Shown here piece after piece: positions 27,910-41,962 of a stretch of 64,000 nucleotides of DNA (the stretch's first letter is position 1; each line of letters starts with the position of its first letter). The stretch covers positions 60,842,070 through 60,906,069 of the forward strand of contig NC_057726.1 in NCBI RefSeq assembly GCF_004010195.1. Reading direction: 5' to 3'. The position numbers and the translations under genes were made by a program. Under the pieces are notes generated by a model that had not been told where the DNA came from, ran no database searches, and worked only from the letters and a program-made list of their open reading frames with translations. Source of the DNA: Chiloscyllium plagiosum. Its lineage: Eukaryota.

Positions 27910-30250
27910 AGTCATAGAATTGTACATCATGGAAACAGACCCTTTGGTCCAATTCGTCCATGCTGACCAGATATCCTAACCTAATCTAGTACCATTTGCC
28001 AGCACTTGGCCGATGTCCTTCTAAACCCTTCTTATTCATATACCCAGCCAGTTACCTTTTAACTGTAATTGTACCAGCCTTCACCATTTCCTCTGGCAGC
28101 TCATTCCAGACACGCACCACCCTCTATGTGAAAAAGTTGCCCCTTAGGTCCCTTTTTAAACTTTCCCCTCTCACTCCAGGGCATAGGTTTAGACTCCCCC
28201 ACCCCTACAGGGAAAAGACCTTGTCTGTTTATCCTATCCATGCCCCTTGTGATTTTATAAACCTCCTCAGGTCACCCCTCAGCCTCCGATGCTTCAGGGA
28301 AAACAGCCCCAGCCTATTCAGCCTCTCCTTGTAGTTCAAATCCTCCAACCTTGGCAACATCCTTGTAAATCTTTTCTGAACCATTTCAAGTTTCACGACA
28401 TCCTTCTGATAGGTAGGAGACCAGAATTGCCCATGGTTTTCCAAAAATGGCCTAACCAATGTCCTGAACAGCTGCAGCATGACTTCCCAACTCCTGCACT
28501 CAATGCTGTGACCAATAAAGGAAAGCATATCAACTGCCATGTTCACCATCCTATCTATCTGTGACTCCACTTTCAAGGAGCTATAACACTGCACTTTAAG
28601 GTCTCTTTGTTCAGCAACACTCCCCAAGAACATACCATTAAATGTATAAATGCTGCTCTGATTTGTCTTTCCCAAATGCAGCACCTCTCATTTATCAAAA
28701 TTAAACGCCCATCTGAGGTAACCTTCGTTGTCCAATACACCTCAATTTTGGTGTCAATTGCAAACTTACTAACCATACCTCCCATGTTCGCATCCAAATC
28801 GATCCTTATGGCACACTACTCACAGGCCTCCAGTCTGAAAAGCACCCTCCTCCACCACCCTCTGTCTTCTGCCTTCGAGTAGGTTCTGTATCCAAATGGC
28901 TAGTTCTCCACGTATTCTGAGATCTAACATTATTAACCAGTCTACCACGAGGAACCTTGTCGAACGCCTTATGGAAGTCTGTATAGATCACATCCACCGC
29001 TCTTCCCTCATAAATCCTTTTCGTTATTTCAAAAACCTCAATCAAGTTCATGAGACATAATTTCCCATACACAAAGCCATATTGACTAGCCCTAATCATT
29101 ATTTGGCTTACCAAATACATGTAAATCCTGTCCCTCAGAATTCCCTCCAACAATTCGCCCACCACTCACGTCGAGCTCACTGATCTATAGTTCCCTGGCT
29201 TTTTCTTATCACCTTTCTTAAATAGTGGCACCATGTTAGCCAACGTCCAGTATTCTGACACCTCACCTGTGACTATCGATGATATAAATATCTCAGCAAA
29301 GGGCCCAGCAATCACTTCCCTAGCTTCCCATAAAGTTCTAGGGTACACCTGATCAGGTCCTGGGGATTTATCCACTTTTATGCTTTTTAAGATCTCCATC
29401 ACCTCCACTTCTGGAATAGGGACATTTTTCAAGATGTCACCAGCTATTTCCCCACATGCTTGTATCTTCCATGTCCTCCTCCACAGTAAACACTGATGCA
29501 AAATATTTGTTTAATTTCTCTCCCATCTCCTGTGGTTCCACACACAAGCTGCCTTGCTGATCTTTGAGAGACCCTATCTCTCCCTAGTTACCCTTTTGTC
29601 CTTAATATATTTATAAAATCCCTTTGGATTCTCCTTAACCCTATTTGCCAAAGCTATCTCATGCCCTCTTTTGCCCTCCTGATTTCCCTTGCATGTACTC
29701 CTGCCTTTATACTCATCTCAGGATTCACTTGATCTCTTGTCTATACCTGACATTTGCTTCCTTTCTCTTAACCAAAACCTCAATTTCTCTAGTCATCCCG
29801 CATTCCCTACACCTACCAGCCTTGCCTTTCACTGTAACAGGAGTATACTGTCTCTGGACACTCATCTCATTTTTGAAGGCTTCCCATTTTCCAGCTGTCT
29901 TTATCTGCAAACATCTGCCCCCAATCAACTTTTCAAACTTCTTACCTAATGCTGTCAAAATTGGCCTTCCTCCAATTTAGAACTTTAACTTTTCGATTTG
30001 GTCTATCCTTTTCCATCACTATTTTAAAACTAGTAGATTTATGGTCTCTGGCCCCAAAGTGCTCCCCCACTGACACCGCAGTCACCTGCCCTGCTTTATT
30101 TCTCAAAAGTAGGTCAAGTTTTGCACCTTCTCTAATAGGTATATCCACATACCAAATCAGAAAATTTTCTGGTATGCACTTAAATTCGTCTCTATCTAAA
30201 CTCTTAAAGCTATGGCAGTCCCAGTCTATGTTTGGAAAGTTAAAATCCTG
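27910..30250 (-). mobile_element. CR1/HER1 LINE ORF2 fragment (about 2.3 kb, frameshifted)
   Basis: Minus-strand ORFs LDLLL..EHFGARDH (APE endonuclease end), KSPGPDQVYPRTL, VPLFKKGDKKKPGNYRSVS, DFHKAFDKVP and LVRPFLE. Confidence 0.93.
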
Positions 30251-32045
30251 TGAGCTTGTTCAAAAGTCTTGGATGTTTTAGTTTGCAGCAACAAGTCCAC
30301 TGTTGTAATGAGATTCATATGGTGCAGGTACCTATTCATGGACTATTTAACAGACTACTTGGTTTAGATATTGGACACAGTATGACTGGTTTTCTGAAAC
30401 TAGTTGCTGTGGGAATTTGCCCATTTCAAAAGTGTTCTGCTGTCTCTCTTAGAATATACTTGTTTGAGTGCGTGGTGGTTAATGAATGGAACATGAAGGG
30501 CTGCTTGAATATTCTTTGCTGAGCTGCTGGTTTTGAGAAATGTATTTGTTGCTCACCTTAGTTTAATGCTAACAGTTCTGTGGATATAAATACTCCATCT
30601 TTCTGGTTTTCCTATTGCCACATACAGAAACATTTAAAACATTGTGTATGCTTTGCTAAAGACGTCAGGATCTAGCAGTTCCTTTGGGGATGGATGTAGA
30701 CTAAACTGGTGTATTGTAACCGAGGCATTTTCGAGAATGAATCCTTAATGATGTGAATTAGTGGTGCTATTCTTTCATCAGGGCACGACAAATAATTAAT
30801 TATCATCTAAATCTTTTGTTCAGACATCAAGCATTGTAGCATTTCTGTTTGCATAAGATCACAGGACATTGGCACTACAATCCAACCAAATAACTACCAA
30901 ATTCTAGTTGGCTGTGAAATTAATGATCCATACCAGCTGCTAGCTTGGTTAATCTGTGCAGTGTTAGAAATGGTGTTCATCTGACTTGGACACAGTAGAG
31001 CTGTGTTGGACTGTGCATCAGTCCCGTTTGATTCAAGTGTTAATTTTAACAGGATCAGATTTTTGGGTAGGTGCAAAACAAAATGAAAAAGGCAAATGGA
31101 ATATTAGCTTTTAACAAAGAAGCATGTAAATTTGCTGCTAATCAAAGTTTCCAGTTTAAACCACGGCTGGAGTATTAGTTCTGAGCACTGCACTTTAGGA
31201 AGGGTAAATCCATTTTGGAGTGTGTGACACAGATTCACCGAATGTAACCAGGACTCTCTGACTATTGCATTAATAGAAACGTGGATGGTTTAGAAATGTT
31301 TTGACTGAGCTTTTCAACGATTTTGAAAGTACTTGATAATTAACTTCAGCAAATGACTGATCACTCATAATCTCATTGAATGATACAACGTGCTCCAAAG
31401 GTTGGATGGCCTACTATGTTACTTTTGAGGATTGTGGTACATATTTTCACAATGATAAACTGGAACATGCCTGACTTTTTGCTACTTTTCAGAGATTAAG
31501 TTGAAAGTTTTTAAGTTCTGTGCACTCACTACTTTATCTTTATTGGCGCTATTAGTGGCAACTTTGGGCAAATTTAAGTTTAATGATCACTAAGCTATTA
31601 AACAACAAATTCATCTGGAAGTGACAATCATGATTTTAGTTCAATATAGAAGTAGTTTTGTGTTAATTTTGAATTGTGTGCTCTGTGGCTTTTTCGGTCC
31701 TTTTTAAATAAATGAAGCCCTCTGAGCAGCATAACTTGCTTGACTTGTAACATGGCTGGGTCAGAGCATTCTGTTGAACCACATGGCAGCCTGGTACACA
31801 GCACAGTGGCATCTTTCTTCATAGGTTTATGCAATGGTGTGTGGCAGCAGAGCTTGAGAAACCGAACTGAGGAATGTGACAACATCACTCATTTACACTC
31901 TCAACCAGCTTTAGAACCAAAGTATGCACTTATCAATTTTTCTTTGTGCTAAGATGTCAGCAAATCTGTTAAGCATCCTACCTTGTTTGAGTTCATCCAG
32001 TGCTCTTGTTAAAATTCATTTTAAACCTGTATTTTAATTTTGCAG

Positions 32046-32147
32046 CCTGTTAAAAAGAAGAAAATAAAGCGGGAAATCAAAATATTAGAGAACCTCCGTG
32101 GAGGGCCTAACATCATCAAGCTGCTAGATGTTGTAAAGGACCCTGTG
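32046..32147 (+). CDS. CSNK2A2: CK2 alpha-prime coding exon (basic cluster/helix C): [34 protein letters not shown]
   Basis: Acceptor tttgcag, donor gtgagt, 102 nt, CK2 KKKKIKRE signature. Confidence 0.97.
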
Positions 32148-32512
32148 GTGAGTAACTGCTGTGGCTTGATCCAGATGTTGATTTCAGCCTGAAACCTAAT
32201 TGAAAGGTTGCATGCTTAGTTTGGTCAGCTTGGCTCAGTTGGTGCAACTTACAATTCCCTAACTCATTGAAATTTTAAGCCCCATGTCCACACACAAAGT
32301 CATAGAATCACAAAGATGTAGAGCATGGAAACAGACCCTTCGGACCAACCTGTCCATGCCGACCAGATATCCCAACCCAATCTAGTCTGAGCAACATATT
32401 CAAAGTTATCCCCAGTGCAGTACAGACACAACGTTGTATTGTCCTTTGGGAAACGAAGACCCTGTTTTAGTTTGGATTAACACAAAAGATCTCATGATAA
32501 TAATTAAAGAAG

Positions 32513-33042
32513 GTTGTACCTTTGCTCGCTGAGCTGGTAGGTTTGTTTTCGGACGTTTCGTCACCATGCTAGGTAACATTATTAGTGAGCCTCTGGTGAA
32601 GCGCTGTCCAATGTACTGTTTGTTATAGTCCTTGCATGGTATTTTGTAAATGACATTTGTTTCGCTGGTTGTTGGTATCCTTAGAAACGAAGAAGGACAT
32701 CACTTTGACTGGGACATCACATCCATCCTAAGACAGGCTAAACACAGACGTGAATGGGATTTCCTAGAGGCCTGGCATGCAAACCAGAACTCTATCAATA
32801 AACACATCGATTTGGACTCCATTTACCAACCTCTGAGAAAAAGAACAGCAAATGATATCACTCACCTTCACAGACCAAGACACAGAAATAGAAAGCAGGA
32901 CAGAACACCAGCACTTCACTGGAGGCTCACTGATTATGTTACTTAGCATGGTGACAAAACATCTGTAAACAAACCTGCCAGCTCAGTGAGCTAACTTACA
33001 ACCTAAACCTCAACCTGAGCTACAAATCTTCTCAAAAATCAC
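32513..33042. mobile_element. PLE family B insertion with inverted 5' arm, nested in a DeuSINE relic
   Basis: ORF GHHFDWDITSILRQAKHRREWDFLEAWH (end of the GIY-YIG domain). Left arm 32513-32605 is inverted relative to 32905-33003. TSD-like AATTAAAG(A/C)AG at 32502 and 33043. Confidence 0.82.
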
Positions 33043-34109
33043 AATTAAAGCAGAGATTGGCTTTGTTCTCATATTCTCCTTCAGTTTACATCATCAAAAG
33101 CAGATTGGCTATTCATTTAATTGCTGTTTGTGGGATCTTAATGAGTGTAAAATGTAGGCTTGCATAAAGATATTTCGTGAAGTGATTCACTTTGACAGGG
33201 TAAGGCAGCATGACTTAATGTCTTTGATTTGAAAACTCCACTGATCCAACCCTACCTGCACCCATATTTTTCTGACCCAGCCCCATATCTATTACTGACT
33301 GCTCCAGGGGCCAATTTTTCTACCACTTCTTTTCTAATTTGTGTTTTGGGAATAAGAATTTTGCTGCATGTTGTTTGTGGCCTATTCAAATTTTTTGGTT
33401 AGTGTTGAACAGAGGGTAGCTGGTTCAATATGGAGTGGGAATGCACATTGCTGCTGACACACTACTCCCTGGGCATTTTTAATACAACTCTCACATGGTG
33501 TTGTATAGCATTTGCAGTAATTGCAAAACTGGTCTGCTGCATTAGCTGACAAGCAGTATTTGACTGAGGAATATAGGAGTGGGATATGATTTTTCAGAAA
33601 GCTGAACTCTCTTAAAGAGATTAGGCTTGAAAAACACAACTTGCATATATGGAATGAATTAGGCACACTATGCACAGGCAATACTTATCTTTTTTTCACT
33701 CCTGCCCCATTTGCTGTCTTCATTCATACTGTTGTTTCATCTTTAAAACAAAAACAATGAACTGACTAAGTTTCTGTGACCCAAATCAAAGCACCTAATG
33801 ACCACATCTTGGCAATCACATAGTTCACCTACATAAACCATTGTAGTGAGGTTTGATCATGAATTATGTTTCATTGATTACAGAACCAAACTGTCAACAC
33901 TGTGTCTAGTATACTTTCATGACCCAAGATTTTTATCTTCTGAACTTTTCATTCTATTCCAGAGTATTACTAAACCAGAATTTCTGTGTACAGAATTATT
34001 CCAGGTCATTCTTAGCCACAGGTTGGGCATCTGAAGAGTTACTATATTAAACAAAATCCGTTCATCAATACAGGAGAAAGGAAGAGTTAACCTGAGCTGT
34101 GCTAGTTAA

Positions 34110-34315
34110 AGCAAAGTGCTGTACTGCAAGTGTTGGAGATCATAACTAAAACTGAGAATGCTGGAGGAACTAAGTAGTTCTGGCAGCATCTGGAGGGAGA
34201 GAAATACTTGAATCCAACATGACTCCTCTTTGAGTAAACAAGGATCATATTGGGCTTGAGATGTTAACTCTCCACAGATACTACCAGTCTTGAGTTTCTC
34301 CAGCACTGTTTTTAT
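34110..34315. mobile_element. Old palindromic PLE family A-related terminus pair
   Basis: aatgctggaggaact..ctggcagcatctg is inverted relative to cagatactaccag..gagtttctccagcact; homologous to 20040-20140 and 42460-42590. Confidence 0.55.
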
Positions 34316-34685
34316 TTATCTTGGGTGGCTACTGTTGTCATCTAGCAGTAAATTTGAGAACAGTATTGTGTTGTCAGGAGCTTGGGTGAAGGATTGCTGC
34401 ACCACCTCTTCACTGAGATGGTACTTACATAATCCATCAAAAAACTCATCGTGCCGATGCCTTGTCAAGTATACAACATTGTGCAATCAAAAATTAATGT
34501 GATGTCTACTGTGGAAATGCATTTTCAACCACTGTGTCTTGCAATAGTTCATCTTGGCACAGATGCAATGTGTATTGTTGGCTGAAACATTTCTTGTTGA
34601 TTATTTGTGGTAGAGTTTCCTAAAGAGTTTCTGTCATGTTGCCTTTGTGCTGTACCTCGTGTAATGATCCTGTTTTTTTCCACAG

Positions 34686-34736
34686 TCAAGGACTCCAGCT
34701 CTTGTTTTCGAGCACATTGATAACACTGACTTCAAG
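34686..34736 (+). CDS. CSNK2A2: CK2 alpha-prime coding exon (hinge): SRTPALVFEHIDNTDFK
   Basis: Acceptor ttttccacag, donor gtgagc, 51 nt, in frame. Confidence 0.96.
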
Positions 34737-34887
34737 GTGAGCTTGTAGGTGCATTTGCATCTTATCTATTTCATTAAGATTACTGTTTAGTCCAGTAACA
34801 AACTGACAATGTTTTTACTCACTTATGCTAAATTTCCTTCCCCCTCCCTACCCAATATCACATCCCCCATCTTCTCTCTTTGTCTAG

Positions 34888-34947
34888 CAACTGTATCAGA
34901 TTTTGACAGATTATGACATACGGTTCTACATGTATGAAATATTAAAG
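34888..34947 (+). CDS. CSNK2A2: CK2 alpha-prime coding exon: QLYQILTDYDIRFYMYEILK
   Basis: Acceptor tttgtctag, donor gtgagt, 60 nt, in frame. Confidence 0.96.
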
Positions 34948-35328
34948 GTGAGTTGAAAGCTAACTGATTATATAAACTGAGTAGTAATAGTGTTAGTATA
35001 TTTATGTTTTGGTAACCTTTGGGGTTATCTCCACCATGTCAGTGCCCTGTCCACCATCAGTAATTGATGTGGGTCCTAAACTTCTTCCAATATCGATGTT
35101 TACTTCACTTGGTATCCAATGAGTGATTGACATTAAATTGATGGGAGGCCACTCACTTCAGGATCAAGCAATTTATGCTTCATCTGGTGGTCTGGATGAA
35201 TGGGTCTTATGAGACTGCTGTATAGAGAGCTAGCATGGACTCTGTGCTGAATTGATGCTTTCTGTGCTGAAATGACTTATAATCCATTAAATGACATCAA
35301 ATGACTCTTCACTGCCCTCTGCTGTCAT

Positions 35329-35463
35329 GATTTGGAGGTGCCAGTGTTGGACTGGGGTGTGCAAAGTTTAAAAATCTCTCAACACTAGGTTAGGGTCCAG
35401 CAGGTTTATTTGGAAGCACAAATAAACATGTTGGACAATAACCTGGTGTTGTGATTTTTTAAT
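35329..35463. mobile_element. Miniature palindromic PLE family C insertion with 11 bp TSD
   Basis: TCTGCTGTCAT occurs at 35318-35328 and 35464-35474, with inverted terminal arms inside. Confidence 0.78.
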
Positions 35464-35978
35464 TCTGCTGTCATCGTATGCTGGTGCTTTAGTGGTTATT
35501 TTCTGACTATTGAAAGCGCGTATGCTGGTCTCCACACTGGACAAAATGTTAAATCTATCATTTCATTCTTGTAAGCAATGCTGACTTAAAAGCAAGGATA
35601 AACTGGAAGAGGTCAATTCTGATTTTTTTGGGGGATTTAATCTTAAAGCCTTTTTGTCTAAGACTGAAGGGAATATGAATACATTTAAAAAGAAAGGTAC
35701 AATGATTAAGTTGTAGGATTTCCCAGAATGAGCCATCCATGCAGAATGTCCTCATCTACATTAATATGATAATTTGGAAGCTAGTTTCTTCAGGAAGGAG
35801 GATGTTCTGATATTAACCATTCCAAGTTGCTGTGTTTCAAAGTACTGGAGGTTATTTTAAGGCATGAAGGATGTTTCTCACTTTGACTTGATAGCAGAGT
35901 AAGTGGGACAAAAGCTGTGGAATGAAATTGGGAAATTGTGCAAAAATAATAACAAGTTTAAAACTCTTCTCCCCACAG

Positions 35979-36062
35979 GCCTTGGATTACTGCCATAGTA
36001 TGGGCATTATGCATAGGGACGTGAAACCACATAATGTGATGATCGACCATGCACAGAGGAAG
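35979..36062 (+). CDS. CSNK2A2: CK2 alpha-prime coding exon (catalytic loop): [28 protein letters not shown]
   Basis: Acceptor ccccacag, donor gtatgg, 84 nt, HRDVKPHN catalytic motif. Confidence 0.97.
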
Positions 36063-36720
36063 GTATGGGCTGACTGCAGGTTTGACTGTTTTATGGTGGG
36101 GGCGTGTCATCGTGAGCAGCAAAATGTGTGCGAACATTTGGTGTTAACTGAAATGTGTTCTATGACTCACTTTCTCCACAGTGTTGTAGCATCAGGCTGC
36201 TACTTCAAGGTTACATTGAGCTTCTGATGAGATGTTGTCAATTAAATTGAAATTTAAGTGAGTTTACAGATATCTACTGTTTCCAGTTTTCTGGTAAACA
36301 AAGAGGGCTGCTGCAGCAGGTGAGCTGATCAGATGGCTGACAAATGGAGTCTGTAGCAAGTTATGTAACCCGGTTACTAGTCATTTAAGATCAGTTTCCC
36401 AGCTCCCCTCTTTGAGTAGTTTTGTTTAGATTATTTGCTTTCTACTGAAGGGCATGTTTAATCAAAGAGATGAAAAGTATTTTCTCTTTGGAACTTGTTG
36501 CTGAACCATACCAGTGAATTGGTAGATCTGCTCATTCTAATCTCCACCTTGTGAAACTGAAGTAAGAGATCAATTTTCTTGGCTTTCATTTTCTGCTTTC
36601 TCCTTGATTCAGAGTTCCACTGTGTCCCATATATATCAATATCATTTTAAAGCACGTTTAGTTCTATCTAATTGACATTTCAGATTGATAACCGTATTCT
36701 CATGAAGAATACTTGTGGGA

Positions 36721-39024
36721 AACGATTTTGGAGAAGATTTGTAGTTCAGTTTGTGGATCCGGTTGTAAGTTTGCAAACTGAGCTGATAAATTTGCTCACA
36801 AATGTTGCATCACCAAGCGAGGTAACATCATCAGTGAGCCTCCAATAAAGCGCTGGTGTTCTGTCCCGCTTGCTATTTGTGTGTCTTGGTCTGTTGTGGT
36901 GTTTGACATCACTTCCAGTTCTTTTTCTGACAGGTTGGTAAATGGGGTACAAATCGATATATTTGTTAATGGAGTTCTGGTTGAATGCCAGGCCTCTAGG
37001 AATTCCCGTGTATGTCTCTCTTTAGCCCGTCCCAGGATGGCCCTAGTGGAACTCGTGTCCCTCTTCATCTGTGTATGGCTACTAGTGATAGTTGGACAAG
37101 TCTTTTGGTGGCTAGTTTGTGCTCATGTCTCCTAATGGCTAGCTTCCTGCCGGTTTGTCCAATGTCATGTTTATTGCAGTCTTTGCAGGGTATTTTGTAT
37201 ATGACGTCTGCTCTGCTGGTTGTTGGTTTTCTTTTTGGATTAGATTAGATTACTTAGGGTGGAAACAGGCCCTTCAGCCCAACAAGTCCACACCGACCCT
37301 CCGAAGAGCAACCCACCCAGACCCATTCCCCTACACCTAACACTACGGGCAATTTAGCACGGCAATTTAGCATGGCCAATTCACCTAACCTGCACATCTT
37401 TAGACTGTGGGAGGAAACCGGAGCACCCGGAGAAGTCTGGGTCTTTTAAATTCATCAGGAGCTGTTTCAGTGTGTTGGTAGGTTTTGTGGGCTGCCATAA
37501 TGCCTAGGGTCCTAGTAGTCTGGTTGTCATCTCCCAGACGTCTTTGTTTGGCGGGGTGTCTAGAGTCTCTGGGGGTGTTGTGTTGTCTTGTTTAGGTATA
37601 TTGTGTAAGAATTGAAAGACTATGCTTATCGGGTATCTGTTGTTCCTGAATACGTTGTACAGGTGTTCTTGCTGTGCTTCTCCTAGTCCCTAGGTGCTGT
37701 AGTGTTTTGTCTTGTTTAAATAATGTCCTGATGCAGCTTCGTTTGTGGGTGTTGGTATGATTGCTCCTGTAGTTGAGTATCTTGTCAGTGTGTGTGACTT
37801 TCCTGTAAATGCTGGTCTGTAGCTCTCCATTGGCTTTGTGTTCTACTGTGACGTCTAGGAAGGGGAGTCTGTTGTTGGTCTCCTCTTGTTGACCTTTATA
37901 GTTTTAAGGACGTTGTTTGTGTTTGTGGGTTTTTTCTAGTTTGTTGCGATCATGATGACCAAGGTGTCATCCTCATAGTGGACCCAAAGCTTGGACTGGG
38001 TCTTGGGAAGGAAAGGCTGTTCGTTCTAACCTCTGCATAACTGCTTCTGCCTGATATTGGTGATCTCATTGGTGTCCTGTTGATTTGTTTGTAAATCTTG
38101 TAGTAGAAGGTGAAGAGGGTTATGAGGCACAGATCTACTAGTTTGAAGATACTGTCCTTGCTGATGGAGTTAGTGCTGTCAGGTGTTTGTGTTGTTGGTT
38201 CATCCAGCAGCGAGGCCAATGTTTCTTTTGGCTCGGGTAATGTTTATCGATGTGAATAGGGCCATCGTGTCGAAGGAAATCATGACTACCTCGTCCTCTA
38301 CCTTGGTGTCTTTGATGTTAAGGAATTCCTGCATAGTGGCTTGAGTCTTCTACGTGTTTCAGTTTGCATTGCAGTTCCTTTGCTAATCTGTATGATGGTG
38401 TATTGGGAAGTGAGACTTTGGGACTGAGGGGGGGGCCCTTATTTATGTACCTTTGCTAATCCAAAGAAATGGGATGTGTTGGATACTTTAGGTTTCATTC
38501 TTTTGGAGGTCTGTCTTGTTAATTTCACCTGTCTTATGAAGTCTCCTCAGGGGATGCTGTAATATGGTTTTCTAGCTGTGGAGTTGGGTCCATCGCCACC
38601 TGTTGGTTGGTGTTGGTATCTGCGAGTAGTGTGTTTGCTTTTTCAATGTACCAGCAGCAAACATTACATTGGACAGACGGGCAGGAAACTAGCCACCAGG
38701 ATACATAAGCACCAACTAGCCTCAAAAGACATGACCAACTATCACTAGTACCCATACATACAGATGAAGGAAAACATCAGTTCGACTGGGACAATACATC
38801 CATCCTGAGACAGGAGAAACAAAGACATGCATGGGCATTTAACTCTATTAACAAACATCAATTTGGACCCCATTTCCCAACCCTTCAAAAAGAACCAGAC
38901 GTGATATCACCCACCACAACAGACCAAGACACACAAATAGCAAGCGGGACAGATGTTACCTAGCATGGTGACGAAACATCTGAGAACAAATCTACCAGCT
39001 CAGCTAGCAAATCTACAATCTGAG
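36721..39024 (-). mobile_element. Penelope-like element (family B): RT plus GIY-YIG remnant with an inverted + strand 3' arm (about 38655-39024)
   Basis: The minus strand reads MISFDTMALFTS, YKQINRTPMRSPIS and WVHYEDDT (RT motifs) and REFLEAWHS. The + arm reads YIGQTGRKLATRI. TTGTGGGA is duplicated at 36713 and 39025. Confidence 0.88.
37238..37432 (-). mobile_element. HE1-type SINE 3' half inserted in the PLE
   Basis: (gatta)n tail and reverse-complement match to 41330-41522. Confidence 0.85.
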
Positions 39025-39105
39025 TTGTGGGAGAAGTGGACTGTTAAAATTTGAGCAATAAAATTGCATGTAGTATCGATTTACCAGCTAATATCTGATT
39101 ACTAA

Positions 39106-39288
<183 letters not shown>

Positions 39289-41206
39289 TGAGGGAGAAGT
39301 GTATGGAAGTAGTGTACGATTTCTGTACTGAGGTTCTCTACGTTTGTCTCCTTTTTAATGTCATCCTTGCTGTCAGTGAAAAAAGAACATGAAATAGAAG
39401 CTCTGTTGGGTAAAGCCCTTCAAGGCTGTTCCACTGTTTAGTGCATGGCTGATCTTCTGTCTCCCTTTCTGGCATGCTCCCTTTATACCTTGATCAAAAA
39501 TATCTCTCTCAGCCTTGCTCAACCATGTACATTTACAATCTACTGAGGCTGAGAATTTGAAAGACTTTTTCTTCTAATTGAAGAAACTTCTCATTTCAAT
39601 CTTGAATCATTAATCCCTTATCCTGGGTCTAACCCTGTATTCTCGATTCTTCAGCCAACCCCTCTATCAGAATCTTGTAGGTTTCAAGGAGATCACCTTT
39701 CATTCTTCAAAACCTCAAATCTACATCCCATTTACTCTACCTCTCCTTTTTAAACAACCTTCTCAACACAGTGGCCATTCTAGTGAACCTTGGCTGTACC
39801 ACCTCCAAAATAAGTACGCTTTCCCTTAACATATGCACTTTCTCTTAAATGGCTCAAAGTAGTCCAGATGTGGTCTCAAAAGTCCAGTGCAGTAGTACAT
39901 ATTAGAAATAGGAGCAGGAGTAGACTATTCGGCCCCTTTGAACCTGCCCCACTATATTCTGTAAGATCATAGCTGTTTTGTTCCAGGCCTCGACCCTCTT
40001 TCATACCAGCTGCTCATAGCCCTTAATTTCTCTATTTGAAATATCTATCTACCTGTACCTCCTCTTTAAATACTTTCATTTATTAGCCTCTATAATTCTC
40101 TGGGTTAGAGCATTCCATATATTCTCTACTGAGACAAAGTCATTTGCATGTCTATCTTAAATGAATGTTCCCTAATTCTGTAGCTTTTTTAAAATTGTGC
40201 ACTCCATTCCAGTGGCAGTGACCTCCATGCTGTTGACCACCTTGATTGCTTGTGGTGTTTGCAGGTGGAAATTATGTTCCTTGTACAATTGCACCCAAGT
40301 TTCTGAACACTAATGGTTTAAAGTTTCAAGGCCTTTTAATTAAAAAAAAAAACTTCTGTTCTAATTTTATCAGCAAAGTGGTTAAACTCTTCCCCACATT
40401 ATGCTCCTTTTGTAAAGAATTATTCACTCATGCCCTTTGCTGGTAAGGCTATCCGTAAATGTCCCAGACAGCAGTTAAGAGTTAACCAAACTGCAGTGGG
40501 TATAGGATTCGATCTGTACAGAACCTGTTCGTCAGACCAGGTGAGGATGGCAGAAGGGACATTAGTGAATCAGATGTGTATCATTGGTTACGTTTTCTTC
40601 ATTCGTTATTTTTGAAACTGAATTCAAATACCCTCTGCTTCCATGGTAGGATTCAAACCCATGTTCCAAGAGCATTAACCTGTGGTTCTGGATTACATGT
40701 TCAGTAACATTATCTCTGTGCCATTGCAATTGTCTTGTCCACTCAACCTGTCTATATTTCTTTGGAGCTCCTCTATATCCTTCTCACCATTTATATTCGC
40801 ATTCAACTTTGTTGCCAACAACCTTGAATGCATTACTCATGGTGTTTTCATCCAAACCACTGAATGTTAATTATAAATGCTGAGATAACAACATTGTTTC
40901 TTGAAGCACTGCACTAGTTCTTGAAAGTCTTGTTTAACTTGACTGACTGCTTCCTGTCTGTTAACTCATTCTCCATCCATAGTAATATATTGCCCCAATC
41001 TCTCTGAGCTCTTAAATTTCATATTAATCTTTCTGTGGCACCTTATTGAATACCTATTTGAAATTCAAGTATGTTCTCTCTTCTAACATATTTGTTACAT
41101 GCTCAGAAAATTTTACTATATTGTCCAACTCTATGTTGACTTTGTCTGATGACACTGATTTTCTAAATGTATTGTTTGGGCTTCCTTAAGAATATATTCC
41201 AGCAGT

Positions 41207-41522
41207 GGGCGGCATGATGGCACAGTGGTTAGCACTGCTGCCTCACAGCGCCAGAGACCCGGGTTCAATTCCCGCCTCAGGCGACTGACTGTGTGGAGTT
41301 TGCACATTCTCCTCGTGTCTGCGTGGGTTTCCTCCGGGTGCTCCGGTTTCCTCCCACAGTCCAAAGATGTGCAGGGTCAGGTGAATTGGCCATACTGAAT
41401 TGCCCGTAGTGTTAGGTAAGGGGTAAATGTAGGGGTATGGGTGGGTTTCGCTTCGGCGGGTCGGTGTGGACTTGTTGGGCCGAAGGGCCTGTTTCCACAC
41501 TGTAATCTAATCTAATCTAATC
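41207..41522 (+). mobile_element. Full-length HE1-type V-SINE (tRNA-derived head, CR1-shared tail)
   Basis: A box tggcacagtggttag, B box ggttcaattccc, V-domain gtggagtttgcacattctcc...ggtttcctccgggtgctccggtttcctcccacagtccaaagat, CR1-like 3' end and (taatc)n tail. Confidence 0.92.
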
Positions 41523-41746
41523 AGTCCCTTAACTTCTCCTGAGATATAATCATGTACTTCAACTGGATAATATCTTTCCATTTTGATCCTTCCCATCTCA
41601 AATACAGGAACTAGAGCAAGACATGTTTATATGGGGCATATGTATTTTTTAAATAGGGCAGATATAATGCTGTCGTTTAAAACAGATATCTGCCTTGTGA
41701 TTTAATATAACTGTTTGGATGCAGATTTTTTGATACCTAAGTCTGA

Positions 41747-41962
<216 letters not shown>

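Noticed and set aside
41207-41280. tRNA-like A/B boxes
   Set aside because: This is the head of a multi-copy SINE, with no complete cloverleaf.
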